Part shown: piece after piece, positions 16,666 through 27,483 of the stretch
How the letters are laid out: each line of letters starts with the position of its first letter
How positions within the stretch are numbered: the stretch's first letter is position 1
DNA from: Synechocystis sp. PCC 6803 substr. PCC-P
GTDB lineage: Bacteria; Cyanobacteriota; Cyanobacteriia; Cyanobacteriales; Microcystaceae
Length of the DNA: 32,000 bases
NCBI RefSeq assembly: GCF_000284455.1
Contig: NC_017039.1
Location: 3,060,001 to 3,092,000, forward strand
Direction of reading: 5' to 3'
The notes under the pieces: generated by a model
What the model was told of the DNA's origin: nothing
Seen by the model: only the letters and a program-made list of their open reading frames with translations
The model's database searches: none
Program-made: the position numbers and the translations under genes

Positions 16666-19038
16666 TCAAATAATATCCTCTCTTTTTTTGAACAGGAAAA
16701 TAACTACGAGGCAAACAAAACCTTGGAGTAATAAAATTTCCCAGTTGACCAAAAGATTATTCCAACTAGGGTCGTAAACTAGGGTGGCTTTAAAAGGAGA
16801 TTCCAATACGGTACCATCGGGAAAAATGACTGGCTCTGGCACTAGACTGTTGATGTCTAATAATGTGCCATAGGCACCGATAGACCAACGGCTGACCATA
16901 AACCAAGAAAGATATTGACTCACACCTTTAATTTGGAACAGTACGCCGGAGAAGATGATTTGGGGCAGTAGCAAAATAGGTAGAGCGGTGTTAGCCTGGG
17001 TTTCACTTTTGACCAAGGTAGATACCATTAAGCCTAAGCAAATAGAACTGAAAAGGGTGAGATAACTGGTGATAATTAGCCCCAAACCCCAGGGCAATAG
17101 GGGAGGCTGGGGATGGTCGAAGGCAATGAGGATAATCACCACCATAGCAAGGGTTTGCAAAAGCGCTAATCCTGACAATACTGTCACCTTAGAAGCAATA
17201 TAGGCGAACAGGTTAAGATTAACTAATCTTTCTCGGCTGTAAATATCATTTTCTTTGACAATTTCTTGGAGAGAACTGGCGAGACCAACCCAGATGGCGG
17301 CACAGCTAAATACTAATAGTACGGTCTGAGCTAGGGGCGCAAGTTTGGGATCCGCTTCACTACCCAGAATAAATGGTTCCCTAGTGGCGATCGCCAGATC
17401 GATTAATAAAATGCCAATGGGGGCGGTGGCAATGGAAATACCGATATTGACCGGATCCCTAGCCATAATTTGCCAGTATCTTTGGCACAGAATCCAGGTT
17501 TGGCGCAGGGGAGATACCCTGGGAGGACTAGGTCTAGGGGCGGCAACAGCGGAATTACTCACCCCCAACCGTTGATCAATGTACTGATGTTGATAGCTAG
17601 ACCGGCTATAGCGTTGGGCGGCTTTGATCACTGCTGATTGATTATCCAATTGAATATAAACATCAGCAAAATCACCATTATGGAGGTTAAAAAATTGGCA
17701 AGCATCGCTAAAAGTGCCGAAATAACACAAATTGCCCCCCTGGCCTAAAAACACCAGGCGATCGCATAGGTTAATGTTGCCGGTGGCATGGGTTACCAAC
17801 ACAATAGTTCGTCCCTGATCCGCTAGCTTTCGTAATAATTGCATCATCTTTTTATCTAGACCAGGATCTAAACCCGATGTCGGTTCATCGAGGAAAAATA
17901 ATTTCGGATCCACCAGTAACTCCACGCCGATGGATACCCGTTTGAGTTGGCCGCCGCTTAATTTTTTGACCAGAACATGGCGACGTTCCTGCATTTCAAT
18001 TTGGCCCAAGGTTTTCTCAACAATTTCGTCAATATCCGCATCTTGGGGTAATCTTAATTTAGCCGCATACCGCAAAGCTTCCTCTACGGTTAGGGAACTG
18101 TGGATAATATCTTTTTGGGGCACGTAACCAATTTGATTACGGTAAAGGTTAAAATTATTTCTCAGATCTTCACCGTTCAAATAAACTGTGCCAGACGTAG
18201 TAGGTTCAATACCTAATAAAGTCCGCATAAAAGTCGATTTGCCTGCGCCACTTCCCCCCACTAAAGCTACCAATTGACCTGGTTCAATGGGCAAAGAAAT
18301 TTGGTTAAGGAGTGTAATTTCTTCGCTCTGATTACCTTGAACAGTGCGGACGATATTGCGGGCATCAAGGCGAATATTATCCCCGGTGTCGGCAATGAAT
18401 AATTGATCGTTTTGTAATACCAGGGTGTAGGGAACTATTTTGATGATGGCGGCGGTGTTAATCAGAATTTTACCGTTGACTTTAGTGCCATTAACGTAAA
18501 CACCATTGGTGCTGTAATCGTGTAAAAGATAGGTATTTGGCTCTAAATAATCCAGGACAGCATGTTGGCGGGAAACTGCGGAGGAAAGTAATTGTAAGTT
18601 GGCAGTTTCGTCCCGCCCAATAACCACAGATTTTTGCTTTAAATTGATGGATAATAGCGATGTTAAATTGGTAGGGCTAGAGCCATTGGGAGTAAAATAT
18701 TTAATAGTAATAAGAATATTAATATTTTGTCCAATCTTAATAACATCTCCATTCTGTAATGGGTAGCCAATATCATGGGTGATTAAATGATGATTAATAA
18801 ATAGCTTGTTACTGCTGGGATTGAGGCGATCGCCGTCATAAATAAAGTAATTACCTTGATCTTCTACTAAAGTAGCTTGACAACGACTAATAATGCTCCA
18901 ATCAGTGGGGACTATCAGGTCGGCAAATTGGGAATCTCGACCTAAAATATGTTTACTTTTAGTTAATTCAAAAGGGGGTAAGCTTTGACCTTGATTAGTG
19001 ACAATAATGTATGGTCTATTATTTTGATTCATGACCAT
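16666..19038 (-). CDS. FHA-domain ABC transporter (ABC ATPase fused to ABC-2/ABCG-type membrane domain)
   Basis: Two N-terminal FHA-like segments (ILGRDSQFADLIV...; VVIGRDETANLQLLSSAVSRQHAVLDY), Walker A GGSGAGKST, signature LSGGQLKRVSIG, Walker B LFFLDEPTSGLDP, H-loop VTHAT, C-terminal TM segments. Confidence 0.92.
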   Translation of the reverse strand: MVMNQNNRPYIIVTNQGQSLPPFELTKSKHILGRDSQFADLIVPTDWSIISRCQATLVEDQGNYFIYDGDRLNPSSNKLFINHHLITHDIGYPLQNGDVIKIGQNINILITIKYFTPNGSSPTNLTSLLSINLKQKSVVIGRDETANLQLLSSAVSRQHAVLDYLEPNTYLLHDYSTNGVYVNGTKVNGKILINTAAIIKIVPYTLVLQNDQLFIADTGDNIRLDARNIVRTVQGNQSEEITLLNQISLPIEPGQLVALVGGSGAGKSTFMRTLLGIEPTTSGTVYLNGEDLRNNFNLYRNQIGYVPQKDIIHSSLTVEEALRYAAKLRLPQDADIDEIVEKTLGQIEMQERRHVLVKKLSGGQLKRVSIGVELLVDPKLFFLDEPTSGLDPGLDKKMMQLLRKLADQGRTIVLVTHATGNINLCDRLVFLGQGGNLCYFGTFSDACQFFNLHNGDFADVYIQLDNQSAVIKAAQRYSRSSYQHQYIDQRLGVSNSAVAAPRPSPPRVSPLRQTWILCQRYWQIMARDPVNIGISIATAPIGILLIDLAIATREPFILGSEADPKLAPLAQTVLLVFSCAAIWVGLASSLQEIVKENDIYSRERLVNLNLFAYIASKVTVLSGLALLQTLAMVVIILIAFDHPQPPLLPWGLGLIITSYLTLFSSICLGLMVSTLVKSETQANTALPILLLPQIIFSGVLFQIKGVSQYLSWFMVSRWSIGAYGTLLDINSLVPEPVIFPDGTVLESPFKATLVYDPSWNNLLVNWEILLLQGFVCLVVIFLFKKREDII

Positions 19039-19091
19039 TTCAAATTATTGAAAAATAAAATATTCATAGTTAAAACTGTAAATTATAGACA

Positions 19092-19961
19092 TCAAATACC
19101 ACTTCGAGCCACCATGAAAATTTGACTTGCTCTTGGTGAAGCAACATAACGCCAATGCCATGGTTCATAACTTACTCCTTGACTATTGTTAGGAGGAAAT
19201 GAAAGTTCAAAACCATACTGATTAGCATTTCTAGCTAACCATTGATAAGCAGATGTATTTTCAAAATTTATTTTTAAATCATTTGCTGGATTAGCACCAT
19301 CTCCTATATCTAAAGCATAGCCAGTGTGGTGTTCACTGTGTCCGGGAGGGGCACTAAACCTTGCCGCTGCTTCTTTACCACCTTTTCTTTTAATTTGATT
19401 TTGAAATAAAGCATCCTGAGAGGCAATAGAACGAAATCCAGAAATAATAGTTAATCTTACTCCTTGAACTTGAGCATCAGCTTGCATCTTTTTAAAAGCA
19501 GTGGCTGCTTCTTGATCTAAAGATTCACTGCGGCCGTAATATTCACCTACTTTTACTAATCTTTGCTGGCTATTTTCAGGGAAAGAATAATGACCTAAAT
19601 TAGTTTTAACCGCAATATTGTTGGGAACTTCTCTTGATCCTTGCTGTTCTGCTAGCGGGGATAATTGTTCATAATCTGGTGGAAGTCCTGGCAATAGGGG
19701 GCTAGTCTGGATTTCGGGGACTTCAGTTATTAATGGTTCGAGATTAGTTGGAGTCGGAGTGGGAACCGGAAGAGAGGAAAGCTCTCTATCTTCAAGGGGG
19801 GGGGGAGATGGAATTTTTTCTTGATTATGAATGCCACTAGTTTCGTTAATAGATAATTGTTTAGCATTAGGTAAGTACCACCAACCATACAACATTCCCA
19901 CTAACAGAGCGGCAACAAAAAAGTTTACCAATTGAAAGTTATTTTTTAAAAATTTTAGCAT
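19092..19961 (-). CDS. M15-family D-alanyl-D-alanine carboxypeptidase (VanY-like), membrane anchored
   Basis: TM near the N-terminus, SGFRS, SAPPGHSEHHTGYALDIGD, PWHWRYV. The ORF extends to 20009, but ATG 19961 (MLKFLKNNFQ) avoids overlap with the upstream kinase gene. Confidence 0.88.
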   Translation of the reverse strand: MLKFLKNNFQLVNFFVAALLVGMLYGWWYLPNAKQLSINETSGIHNQEKIPSPPPLEDRELSSLPVPTPTPTNLEPLITEVPEIQTSPLLPGLPPDYEQLSPLAEQQGSREVPNNIAVKTNLGHYSFPENSQQRLVKVGEYYGRSESLDQEAATAFKKMQADAQVQGVRLTIISGFRSIASQDALFQNQIKRKGGKEAAARFSAPPGHSEHHTGYALDIGDGANPANDLKINFENTSAYQWLARNANQYGFELSFPPNNSQGVSYEPWHWRYVASPRASQIFMVARSGI

Positions 19962-19978
19962 TTTCCTTAGAATCAAGT

Positions 19979-21496
19979 CTAAAAGTTTACTAATTGACTG
20001 GCAATCCACCCCGTTGATCCTGAACCATAGTGATAAACTTTATACCAAACATGGCCACTGGAATCAGTACTACTATCTAAGATGTCTAAACCCTCACCTG
20101 TATAGCCTTGAGTAATAACGCCATAATCTGTTCCCGGACCAGAGCGAATATTTTTAGATCCAGGAATTCCTCCAATAGTTGCGCTAGCACCGCTGGCCAT
20201 AGCCTTTGCCTGATTTGCTAAAACTTGAACTCTCTGTCTTTCTGCGGCTAAACGCTGCCTTTCTTGCTTAGCTCGTTCGGCCTCAGCAGCTAGTCTTTGA
20301 CGTTCTTCTTCTACTCGTTTTTGTTCTAATTCCCTTTGACGTTTTTCATTCTCGGCAATTTTTTGCTCTGCTTCTATTCGTTTTTGCTCTGCTTCCTGTT
20401 TTTCTTTTTCAGCTTGAGCCGCCCTAGCTTCAGCTTCTTTAATTTGTTGAGTAATTATAAACCCACCTCCTAAACCAGCAGTGACCACAATAATCCCAAT
20501 AAGAACAGTTAACAGCGTTGCAATTTTTGATTTTCCATTGTTGTTCGAGTAGTTATTATGAGAGTTACCGACGGGCTTAACAACAGTTTCAGCCGTTTTG
20601 GTGGAACTTCTCGTGACTAAAAATTCATTACTAGGTGCAACTCGAACAGTTTCCATTGGAAGTGCTGGCTCAGCCCCAGAACTAATTAAGGAGTGTAGAG
20701 CCTGATACATTGCTTCGGCACTGGAATAACGACGACTAGGCTCCATTTCTATGGCTTTATTGATTACTTTAGCCAAGACAGAATCGATTTTAGATACATG
20801 ACTTTGCCAGTCTAATTGGCCTGTTTGCTGGTCGCTAGAAAATTCAACTGGCAACTTCTTGGTAAGAGTGTAAATAATAGTCAGTCCTAAAGCATAAAGA
20901 TCGGTGCTGAAAACAGAACGTCCCGAACTTTGTTCAGGAGCCATAAATCCCCTAGTGCCAATAACTACAGAGCTAACAGTAGAACCTGAGCCTAAAGTAA
21001 CAGCCCCCATAGTTTCCTTAACAGCACCAAAATCAATCAGAACGGGTAAGTGATCACTGTCCCGCAAAATAATATTTTCTGGCTTAATATCTCGGTGAAT
21101 AATTCCTTTGCTATGAATGTATTTAAGGGTAGTTAAAAGAGAAGAAAGAATAGTCTTTGCTTGTTCTGAACTAATAGGAGCAATTTCATTTAGGCTAACT
21201 CCTTGAATATACTCTTGGACTAAGTAAAATTCATTATCGTTTGAGAAATAACTATATAATTTGGGAATTTGACTGTTGTGCTCTCCTAAATCTTCTAACA
21301 CTGAAGCTTCTTTTTCAAACAATTTTTGAATTAACTCAGTGGAGGTATTACTGTTTGCATTGGCTGGTTTAAGACGTTTTATTACCACCAGCTTTTGAGA
21401 TGGTATCTGAGTATCTTTGGCTAAAAAAGTATCGCCAAATCCTCCTGAACCAAGGGATTTAACAATTTCATAACGGTCGAGTACTTGGACATTCAT
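19979..21496 (-). CDS. spkD: Serine/threonine protein kinase with TM and C-terminal SH3b domain (SpkD-like)
   Basis: GSGGFGDTFLA, VIKRLK, IHRDIKPENIIL, DFGAV, GTRGFMAPEQ. TM IATLLTVLIGIIVVTAGLGGG, coiled coil, SH3b NIRSGPGTDYGVI...VWYKV...GWI. Confidence 0.87.
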   Translation of the reverse strand: MNVQVLDRYEIVKSLGSGGFGDTFLAKDTQIPSQKLVVIKRLKPANANSNTSTELIQKLFEKEASVLEDLGEHNSQIPKLYSYFSNDNEFYLVQEYIQGVSLNEIAPISSEQAKTILSSLLTTLKYIHSKGIIHRDIKPENIILRDSDHLPVLIDFGAVKETMGAVTLGSGSTVSSVVIGTRGFMAPEQSSGRSVFSTDLYALGLTIIYTLTKKLPVEFSSDQQTGQLDWQSHVSKIDSVLAKVINKAIEMEPSRRYSSAEAMYQALHSLISSGAEPALPMETVRVAPSNEFLVTRSSTKTAETVVKPVGNSHNNYSNNNGKSKIATLLTVLIGIIVVTAGLGGGFIITQQIKEAEARAAQAEKEKQEAEQKRIEAEQKIAENEKRQRELEQKRVEEERQRLAAEAERAKQERQRLAAERQRVQVLANQAKAMASGASATIGGIPGSKNIRSGPGTDYGVITQGYTGEGLDILDSSTDSSGHVWYKVYHYGSGSTGWIASQLVNF

Positions 21497-21573
21497 GTTG
21501 TTTGTTTATCTAAAATCAAAAAATTGAAATACTTAAATTCAACTTTAATTCAATCAATTGAACTGTAAAAAAC

Positions 21574-21951
21574 TTATCTTTCAACTTCAATATGACAATT
21601 GTAATTCCCATCTTTTTTGGCTTTCCTTCTTAAAATATCAGCCGCCACATTCCAGTTATGCTTAGAAGCAGCGGTATAGGGCATACCACCACAATAACCA
21701 CCGACAAAGTACCAGTCATCTTTTTCTGCTGTAGAAACAGAACAACTTCCGCCACCATTACCTCGACAGTTACGGATTGCGGCCTGTCTTGCCTTTTCCA
21801 TAGTTGAGTAACCAGTGGCCCAACCCCAACCCCTTACTCCCTGGGCGATGGCCGAGTAGCCAGCCAAAGCAGGGGAAGCCGCCAAGCAGGTGCTCAATAG
21901 GGACAGACCAGAAATAGAAAGGACGTTTTTGGGACTGAAGATAATTTTCAT
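21574..21951 (-). CDS. Secreted DUF4189-like protein
   Basis: Signal peptide (LSISGLSLLSTCLAASPALA), then YSAIAQGVRGWGWATGYSTMEKARQAAIRNCRGNGGGSCSV. Confidence 0.7.
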   Translation of the reverse strand: MKIIFSPKNVLSISGLSLLSTCLAASPALAGYSAIAQGVRGWGWATGYSTMEKARQAAIRNCRGNGGGSCSVSTAEKDDWYFVGGYCGGMPYTAASKHNWNVAADILRRKAKKDGNYNCHIEVER

Positions 21952-22248
21952 AGCCGTATCGTTGCCTCATACAGACAAACTTATAGGAATATTACCCTAG
22001 TTTTACGAAAAGGATCTCATTCCGTCAGGACTCTTTTATTAACTTTCGTTAAAGCCGTTTTCCTTAGGCGATCGCCATGGAGCAAAGGGAAAAACGGAAG
22101 AAAATTTATCTGGATTTTGGTAGTACTGTTAAAGTTAATTTCACCAAAATTAGTCAATGGGATAGCATAGTCAGTGCGACAATTCTGTGCTCATTTTCCC
22201 TTGGTCTGTCAAAAGAACCTAATTATCCCGACATATTGGAGTGAACTA

Positions 22249-22413
22249 ATGGATATTGTTAAGATCATTTGTGCGATTCTATTGCCGCCCCTGGGGGTTT
22301 TCCTGCAAGTGGGTATTGGCAAAGACTTTTGGATTAACCTACTGCTGACCATTTTTGGTTTGTATATCCTCGGTCTTGTCCATGCCATTTGGGTCATTGC
22401 CAGGGAACGTTAA
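22249..22413 (+). CDS. YqaE/Pmp3-family small membrane protein (54 aa)
   Basis: MDIVKIICAILLPPLGVFLQVGIGKDFWINLLLTIFGLYILGLVHAIWVIARER. The listed upstream start at 22174 is unlikely; the ATG at 22249 matches the family start. Confidence 0.9.
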   Translation: MDIVKIICAILLPPLGVFLQVGIGKDFWINLLLTIFGLYILGLVHAIWVIARER

Positions 22414-22504
22414 TTAGTATCAATAAAAACATGGCTAGAGGATCAAGTTTGGTCTACTCCAGCCATGTTTAAGCAGAAATTAATTGCCTAAGATAAAAAT
22501 AATC

Positions 22505-25500
22505 ATGACCAAATTTTTTGTGGACCGGGGCGGCACCTTTACCGATATTGTTGCCATTACCAAAGATACAAAATTAGCCCAACATTCCGCTAAAGATAGG
22601 CGATTTAGCGTATTTATCCTACCCACAAAAGAAACGGTAATTTTATTTAAATTATTATCAGAAAATCCGGAACTTTATGACGATGCAGTTATCCATGGCA
22701 TCCGAATTATTTTAGGTTTATCTTCCAACGAACCCATCGCCCCAGAAAAAGTTAGCATGGTTAAAATGGGCACCACCGTAGCCACCAATGCGTTGCTGGA
22801 ACAGAAAGGAGATCCCCTAGTTTTAGTGATGACCCAAGGATTTCGAGACGGGTTGGCGATCGCCTATCAAAATCGGCCGGACATTTTTGCCTTGGAGATT
22901 AAAAAGCCTAGCTTGCTCTATGGCCCGGTCATTGAAGCGATGGAAAGAATTAATGCCCAGGGAGAAATTTTACAACCCCTAGATAAGCATAGGATTCACC
23001 AGGATTTACAACAGGCCTATGACCAAGGAATTCGCAGTGTGGCGATCGCCTTAATGCACAGTTATCTTTATCCTGACCATGAATTAATTATTACTGAAAT
23101 TGCCCAAAACATTGGCTTTACTCAAATTTCCCGTTCCTCTGAAGTTAGCCCCCTAATTAAATACATTTATCGTGGCGACACCACCGTTGTGGATGCCTAT
23201 CTTTCCCCTTTACTGCGGCGTTACGTTGACCAAGTGCAAGGACAATTACCAGGCATAACAGTACAGTTTATGCAGTCCCATGGAGGTCTGGTGGATGGTA
23301 GTCATTTCCAGGGACGGGATAGCATTCTTTCTGGCCCAGCGGGGGGCATTGTCGGCGCTGTCAAAACCTCCCAGCGGGCAGGCTTTCGCAACATTATTAC
23401 CTTTGACATGGGGGGCACTTCCACCGATGTGGCCCATTTTAACGGTACCTATGAACGATTATGGGAGACGGAAATCGCCGGGGTACGTCTGCGGGTACCA
23501 AGCTTAGCCATTCATACAGTGGCGGCAGGGGGCGGTTCCATTTTGCACTTTGACGGGCAAAGATACCAAGTAGGTCCCGATTCTGCGGGGGCTAACCCTG
23601 GGCCAGCTTGTTACCGTCGGGGCGGGCCGTTAACAGTAACCGATGCCAATGTCATGGTGGGACGGGTGCAAAAAAGCTATTTTCCCCCTGTATTTGGCCC
23701 AGAAGGAAATCAGCCCTTAGATATTGATATTGTTCAGGAAAAATTCATCGATTTGGCAAATCAAATAGCTCAATTCACTGCAATTAAACCTATACCAGAG
23801 GAAGTGGCGGATGGCTTTCTGGCGATCGCCGTAGAAAATATGGCCAATGCCATCAAAAAAATCAGTTTACAACGGGGCTACGACTTGGAAAGCTATACCC
23901 TATGCTGCTTTGGCGGGGCAGGGGGTCAGCTAGTTTGTCGATTGGCCGATCGCCTAGGTATTAGTAAGATTTTTCTTCATCCCTACAGCGGTGTCCTTTC
24001 AGCCTATGGCATGGGTTTAGCGGAGCAGCGGGCTTTGCGGGCCATGACCATTGAGCAACCTTTAACAGCGGATAATTTAGAGAGCTTACTAAGCAATTAT
24101 CAAACCCTAGAAACCCAGTTAGCTGAAACTTTTGTTAATAGTTCCAACAGCAATGGTAAAGCAGAAAATTTTAGTAAATCACCGGAAATACGTCGTCAAA
24201 TTGATTTGAAATATCGAGGAACTGACACTAGCTTAAGTCTTGATTTTTGCCCAGATTTAACCAGTTTAATCACTCAATTTACAGAACAACATCAACAACG
24301 CTATGGGTTTAATCAAACAGGCACTCCCCTCACCATTGCTGCTATTAGTTTAGAGTATATTCAACCTCTAGATTTGCCGCCGGAACCCTGTTTAGCTTCA
24401 GTGGTAAAACCGGCCCAAGCTTTAGAAATGGTGGATTTTTATGGCGATCGCCAATGGCATGCCATGCCTGTGTACCAACGTCAGCAGTTAGCTCCACACC
24501 AGGTAATTACCGGGCCAGCAATGATTGCGGAAGAGACTGGTACTATTGTAGTTGATCTCGGTTGGCAAGCCCAGTTGGGCCAAGCATCCCCATGGGAACC
24601 CCAACCTTGCCATTTGGTGTTGGAAAAAATAGTTAATCAAACAAAAGCTGCTCCTGATTCAATTAATAACAAAGAGGAATTGGAAGTTAAGGTAAATACT
24701 GATAGTTATGAAACTATTAGTGGGAATCAAGTCGATCCAGTGCGCCTAGAAATATTCAAAAACCTTTATCAATTTATTGCCGAAGAAATGGGCATTGTGC
24801 TGCAAAACACCGCTAGCTCAGTCAACATTAAAGAACGGCTCGATTTTTCCTGTGCCATTTTCGATGCCAATGGAGACTTGGTAGCCAACGCGCCCCACAT
24901 TCCTGTGCATTTGGGTTCCATGGGGGAAAGTGTCAAAGCTCTTTTGCACGATCGCCATCAGCAATTGCAACCGGGGGATGTGTATCTCTCCAATAATCCC
25001 TACAACGGTGGCACCCATTTACCGGATGTGACAGTGATAACGCCCCTGTTTGACTCTGCGGGTAAGGAAATTTTGTTTTATGTTGCTTCCCGGGGCCACC
25101 AAGCAGATTTGGGCGGCATTACCCCCGGCTCCATGCCTCCCCACAGTCAAAATATTAACCAAGAAGGTATTTTATTTGACAATGAGTTGTTAGTTAAAGC
25201 AGGGGAATTACAAACGCAAGCAATTCGTAATCATTTGCTTAATAACATTTATCCAGCTCGCAATCCCGAACAAAATTTAGCTGACTTTTCTGCTCAAATT
25301 GCCGCCAATCAACGGGGCATAATGGGTTTAGAAAGTATGGTAGCCCAGTATGGTTTAAACACCGTTCAGCAATATATGGCCCATGTGCAAAATAATGCCG
25401 AACAAGCAGTAACCAAGGCGATCGCCAAGCTGAAATCCGGTCAATTTGTCACAGAAATGGATAACGGCATTCGCATTGCGGTAACTATCACCGTTAACGC

Positions 25501-26263
25501 CTCCCAAGGCACCGCCATAATCGATTTTTCCGGCACTTCTCCCCAGGGCGATCATAATTTCAATACCCCCAAAGCGGTGGTACAAGCAGTGGTTTTGTAC
25601 GTTTTCCGCACCCTGGTACAGGACCCCATTCCCCTCAATGCCGGTTGCCTCAAACCGTTAAAAATTATTATTCCCCCCGGTTGCCTCCTCGATCCCCAAT
25701 ATCCCGCCGCCGTGGTGGCCGGTAATGTGGAAACTTCCCAGGCGATCGCCGACACGTTATACGGAGCGTTGGGTTGTTTGGCCGCCAGCCAGGGCACCAT
25801 GAATAACCTCACCTTTGGAGATGGTCAATATCAATACTATGAAACCATTGCAGGAGGCAGTGGCGCTGGCCCTAGTTTTGCTGGTTGTGACGCAGTGCAA
25901 ACCCACATGACTAATTCCCGCCTGACAGATCCAGAAATCTTAGAAAGTCGTTTCCCGGTGTTGTTGGAACAATTCGCCATTCGGCCCCACAGCGGTGGCG
26001 CAGGTAAATTTCCCGGTGGCAACGGCATTGTGCGCCAGTTTAAGTTCCTTCAACCTCTATCAGTAGCTATTTTGGCTAATCGGCGGCGGGTGGCACCCTT
26101 TGGGTTGGCCGGGGGAGAAGCAGGAGCCGTGGGGGAAAATTGGTTACTGCGTCGTTCTGGGGATAAGGTACGGTTAGATAGTTGCGCCCAGGTGGATGTG
26201 GCCCCTGGCGATCGCCTAATAATTAAAACACCGGGGGGCGGAGGTTATGGCCATCGAGATTGA
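22505..26263 (+). CDS. hyuA: Fused 5-oxoprolinase / hydantoinase (HyuA-HyuB type)
   Basis: [51 protein letters not shown] (HyuA half). [61 protein letters not shown] (HyuB half). M at 22505 is preferred over 22484. Confidence 0.92.
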   Translation: MTKFFVDRGGTFTDIVAITKDTKLAQHSAKDRRFSVFILPTKETVILFKLLSENPELYDDAVIHGIRIILGLSSNEPIAPEKVSMVKMGTTVATNALLEQKGDPLVLVMTQGFRDGLAIAYQNRPDIFALEIKKPSLLYGPVIEAMERINAQGEILQPLDKHRIHQDLQQAYDQGIRSVAIALMHSYLYPDHELIITEIAQNIGFTQISRSSEVSPLIKYIYRGDTTVVDAYLSPLLRRYVDQVQGQLPGITVQFMQSHGGLVDGSHFQGRDSILSGPAGGIVGAVKTSQRAGFRNIITFDMGGTSTDVAHFNGTYERLWETEIAGVRLRVPSLAIHTVAAGGGSILHFDGQRYQVGPDSAGANPGPACYRRGGPLTVTDANVMVGRVQKSYFPPVFGPEGNQPLDIDIVQEKFIDLANQIAQFTAIKPIPEEVADGFLAIAVENMANAIKKISLQRGYDLESYTLCCFGGAGGQLVCRLADRLGISKIFLHPYSGVLSAYGMGLAEQRALRAMTIEQPLTADNLESLLSNYQTLETQLAETFVNSSNSNGKAENFSKSPEIRRQIDLKYRGTDTSLSLDFCPDLTSLITQFTEQHQQRYGFNQTGTPLTIAAISLEYIQPLDLPPEPCLASVVKPAQALEMVDFYGDRQWHAMPVYQRQQLAPHQVITGPAMIAEETGTIVVDLGWQAQLGQASPWEPQPCHLVLEKIVNQTKAAPDSINNKEELEVKVNTDSYETISGNQVDPVRLEIFKNLYQFIAEEMGIVLQNTASSVNIKERLDFSCAIFDANGDLVANAPHIPVHLGSMGESVKALLHDRHQQLQPGDVYLSNNPYNGGTHLPDVTVITPLFDSAGKEILFYVASRGHQADLGGITPGSMPPHSQNINQEGILFDNELLVKAGELQTQAIRNHLLNNIYPARNPEQNLADFSAQIAANQRGIMGLESMVAQYGLNTVQQYMAHVQNNAEQAVTKAIAKLKSGQFVTEMDNGIRIAVTITVNASQGTAIIDFSGTSPQGDHNFNTPKAVVQAVVLYVFRTLVQDPIPLNAGCLKPLKIIIPPGCLLDPQYPAAVVAGNVETSQAIADTLYGALGCLAASQGTMNNLTFGDGQYQYYETIAGGSGAGPSFAGCDAVQTHMTNSRLTDPEILESRFPVLLEQFAIRPHSGGAGKFPGGNGIVRQFKFLQPLSVAILANRRRVAPFGLAGGEAGAVGENWLLRRSGDKVRLDSCAQVDVAPGDRLIIKTPGGGGYGHRD

Positions 26264-26711
26264 ACGTAAATTCCTGGTTAAAGATGACCGCTGGCGGGAT
26301 TTAGCCCAGGGTTATTTGTACCGTCAAGGTTACATTGCGACCAAGGATTTAACCACGGTTCGAGTCCGTACCATTGGCAATCGGGCCTATCTCACTATTA
26401 AGGGTAAAAATACCGGCATGGCCCGTTTGGAATTTGAGTATGAAATTCCCGCAGTGGATGCTAATCAAATTTTGACTGAACTTTGTTCACCGCCCCTGAT
26501 TGAAAAATATCGTTATTGCCTCGATTACCAAGGAAAAACCTGGGAAGTGGACGAATTTTTGGGGGATAACCAGGGTCTAATTTTGGCGGAAGTAGAATTA
26601 TCCCAAGCTGACGAAAAAATAAGTTTACCCCCCTGGATTGGGAAAGAAGTCACGGATGATGCTCGCTATTACAACGTCAATTTGACTCAACATCCCTACA
26701 AAAATTGGTGA
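26247..26711 (+). CDS. CYTH-domain protein (triphosphate tunnel metalloenzyme-like)
   Basis: [63 protein letters not shown]. Confidence 0.93.
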   Translation: MAIEIERKFLVKDDRWRDLAQGYLYRQGYIATKDLTTVRVRTIGNRAYLTIKGKNTGMARLEFEYEIPAVDANQILTELCSPPLIEKYRYCLDYQGKTWEVDEFLGDNQGLILAEVELSQADEKISLPPWIGKEVTDDARYYNVNLTQHPYKNW

Positions 26712-26920
26712 CAGCTTAAACGATGAACAAACATAAGATTTTTAAGTCTCTTTTTCTTGTTTGAATCCAAAACATAGCCAACCAAATAATTTAAATGATT
26801 TATCAATTTTACCTTTTTTCTTTATTTTATCCTCCCTGCATTGACCAAAAAACGATAGCTTACTGAATATGGCTAGTTATGGAAACTTGTAAACTTTGTA
26901 GATAGAAGGAATGTTGACTC

Positions 26921-27343
26921 ATGTTCAAAAATGGTTATTTACTAATGGGAATTTTTTCTGCCACTTTTTTTTGGTTATCTGCGACCATTTCTGCCGAAAC
27001 TGACTTTAATTCCTTTTGGCAACAATTCAAAACTGCAGTGGTTAACAGTGACAAATCCACCGTTGCCAGATTGACAAAATTTCCCCTTTCGATGCCATTT
27101 GGAATAGAAAGCATAAAAACAGAAACTGAATTTTTGCAAGGTTACGACGATATTTTGAATATGGAAGCCGATGTGAAGAGATGTTTTCAAACGACTAAAC
27201 CGAAGCAAGAGGGAAAGGGTTATGCTATTTATTGCACCTTTAAACAGCTACCTGAATCAAGCGAAAATCGTCCGATTAAATATTATTTTGAAAGGACAAA
27301 AACGGGTTGGAAATTTGAGGGTATAGATAATATCAACGAGTAA
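26921..27343 (+). CDS. Hypothetical secreted protein
   Basis: ORF of 140 aa with signal peptide (LLMGIFSATFFWLSATISA); no antisense competitor of comparable quality. Confidence 0.6.
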   Translation: MFKNGYLLMGIFSATFFWLSATISAETDFNSFWQQFKTAVVNSDKSTVARLTKFPLSMPFGIESIKTETEFLQGYDDILNMEADVKRCFQTTKPKQEGKGYAIYCTFKQLPESSENRPIKYYFERTKTGWKFEGIDNINE

Positions 27344-27483
27344 AATATATTTGCAATCGCACCGCCCCCCAGAAATCTGAGATTCGCTCAGAAATTTTTC
27401 AATCGCAGATTAAAGTTGCCGGAGAAGAGATTGATTCACGGTAAAGTGTACGAAATTAGCTTGGATTTTCATGATAGGGATTT

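Noticed and set aside
22484-22504. Upstream start MPKIKII for the oxoprolinase
   Set aside because: The family N-terminus aligns better with [14 protein letters not shown], starting at 22505.
25355-26028. Minus-strand ORFs antisense to the HyuB half
   Set aside because: Antisense to conserved coding sequence with no supporting features.
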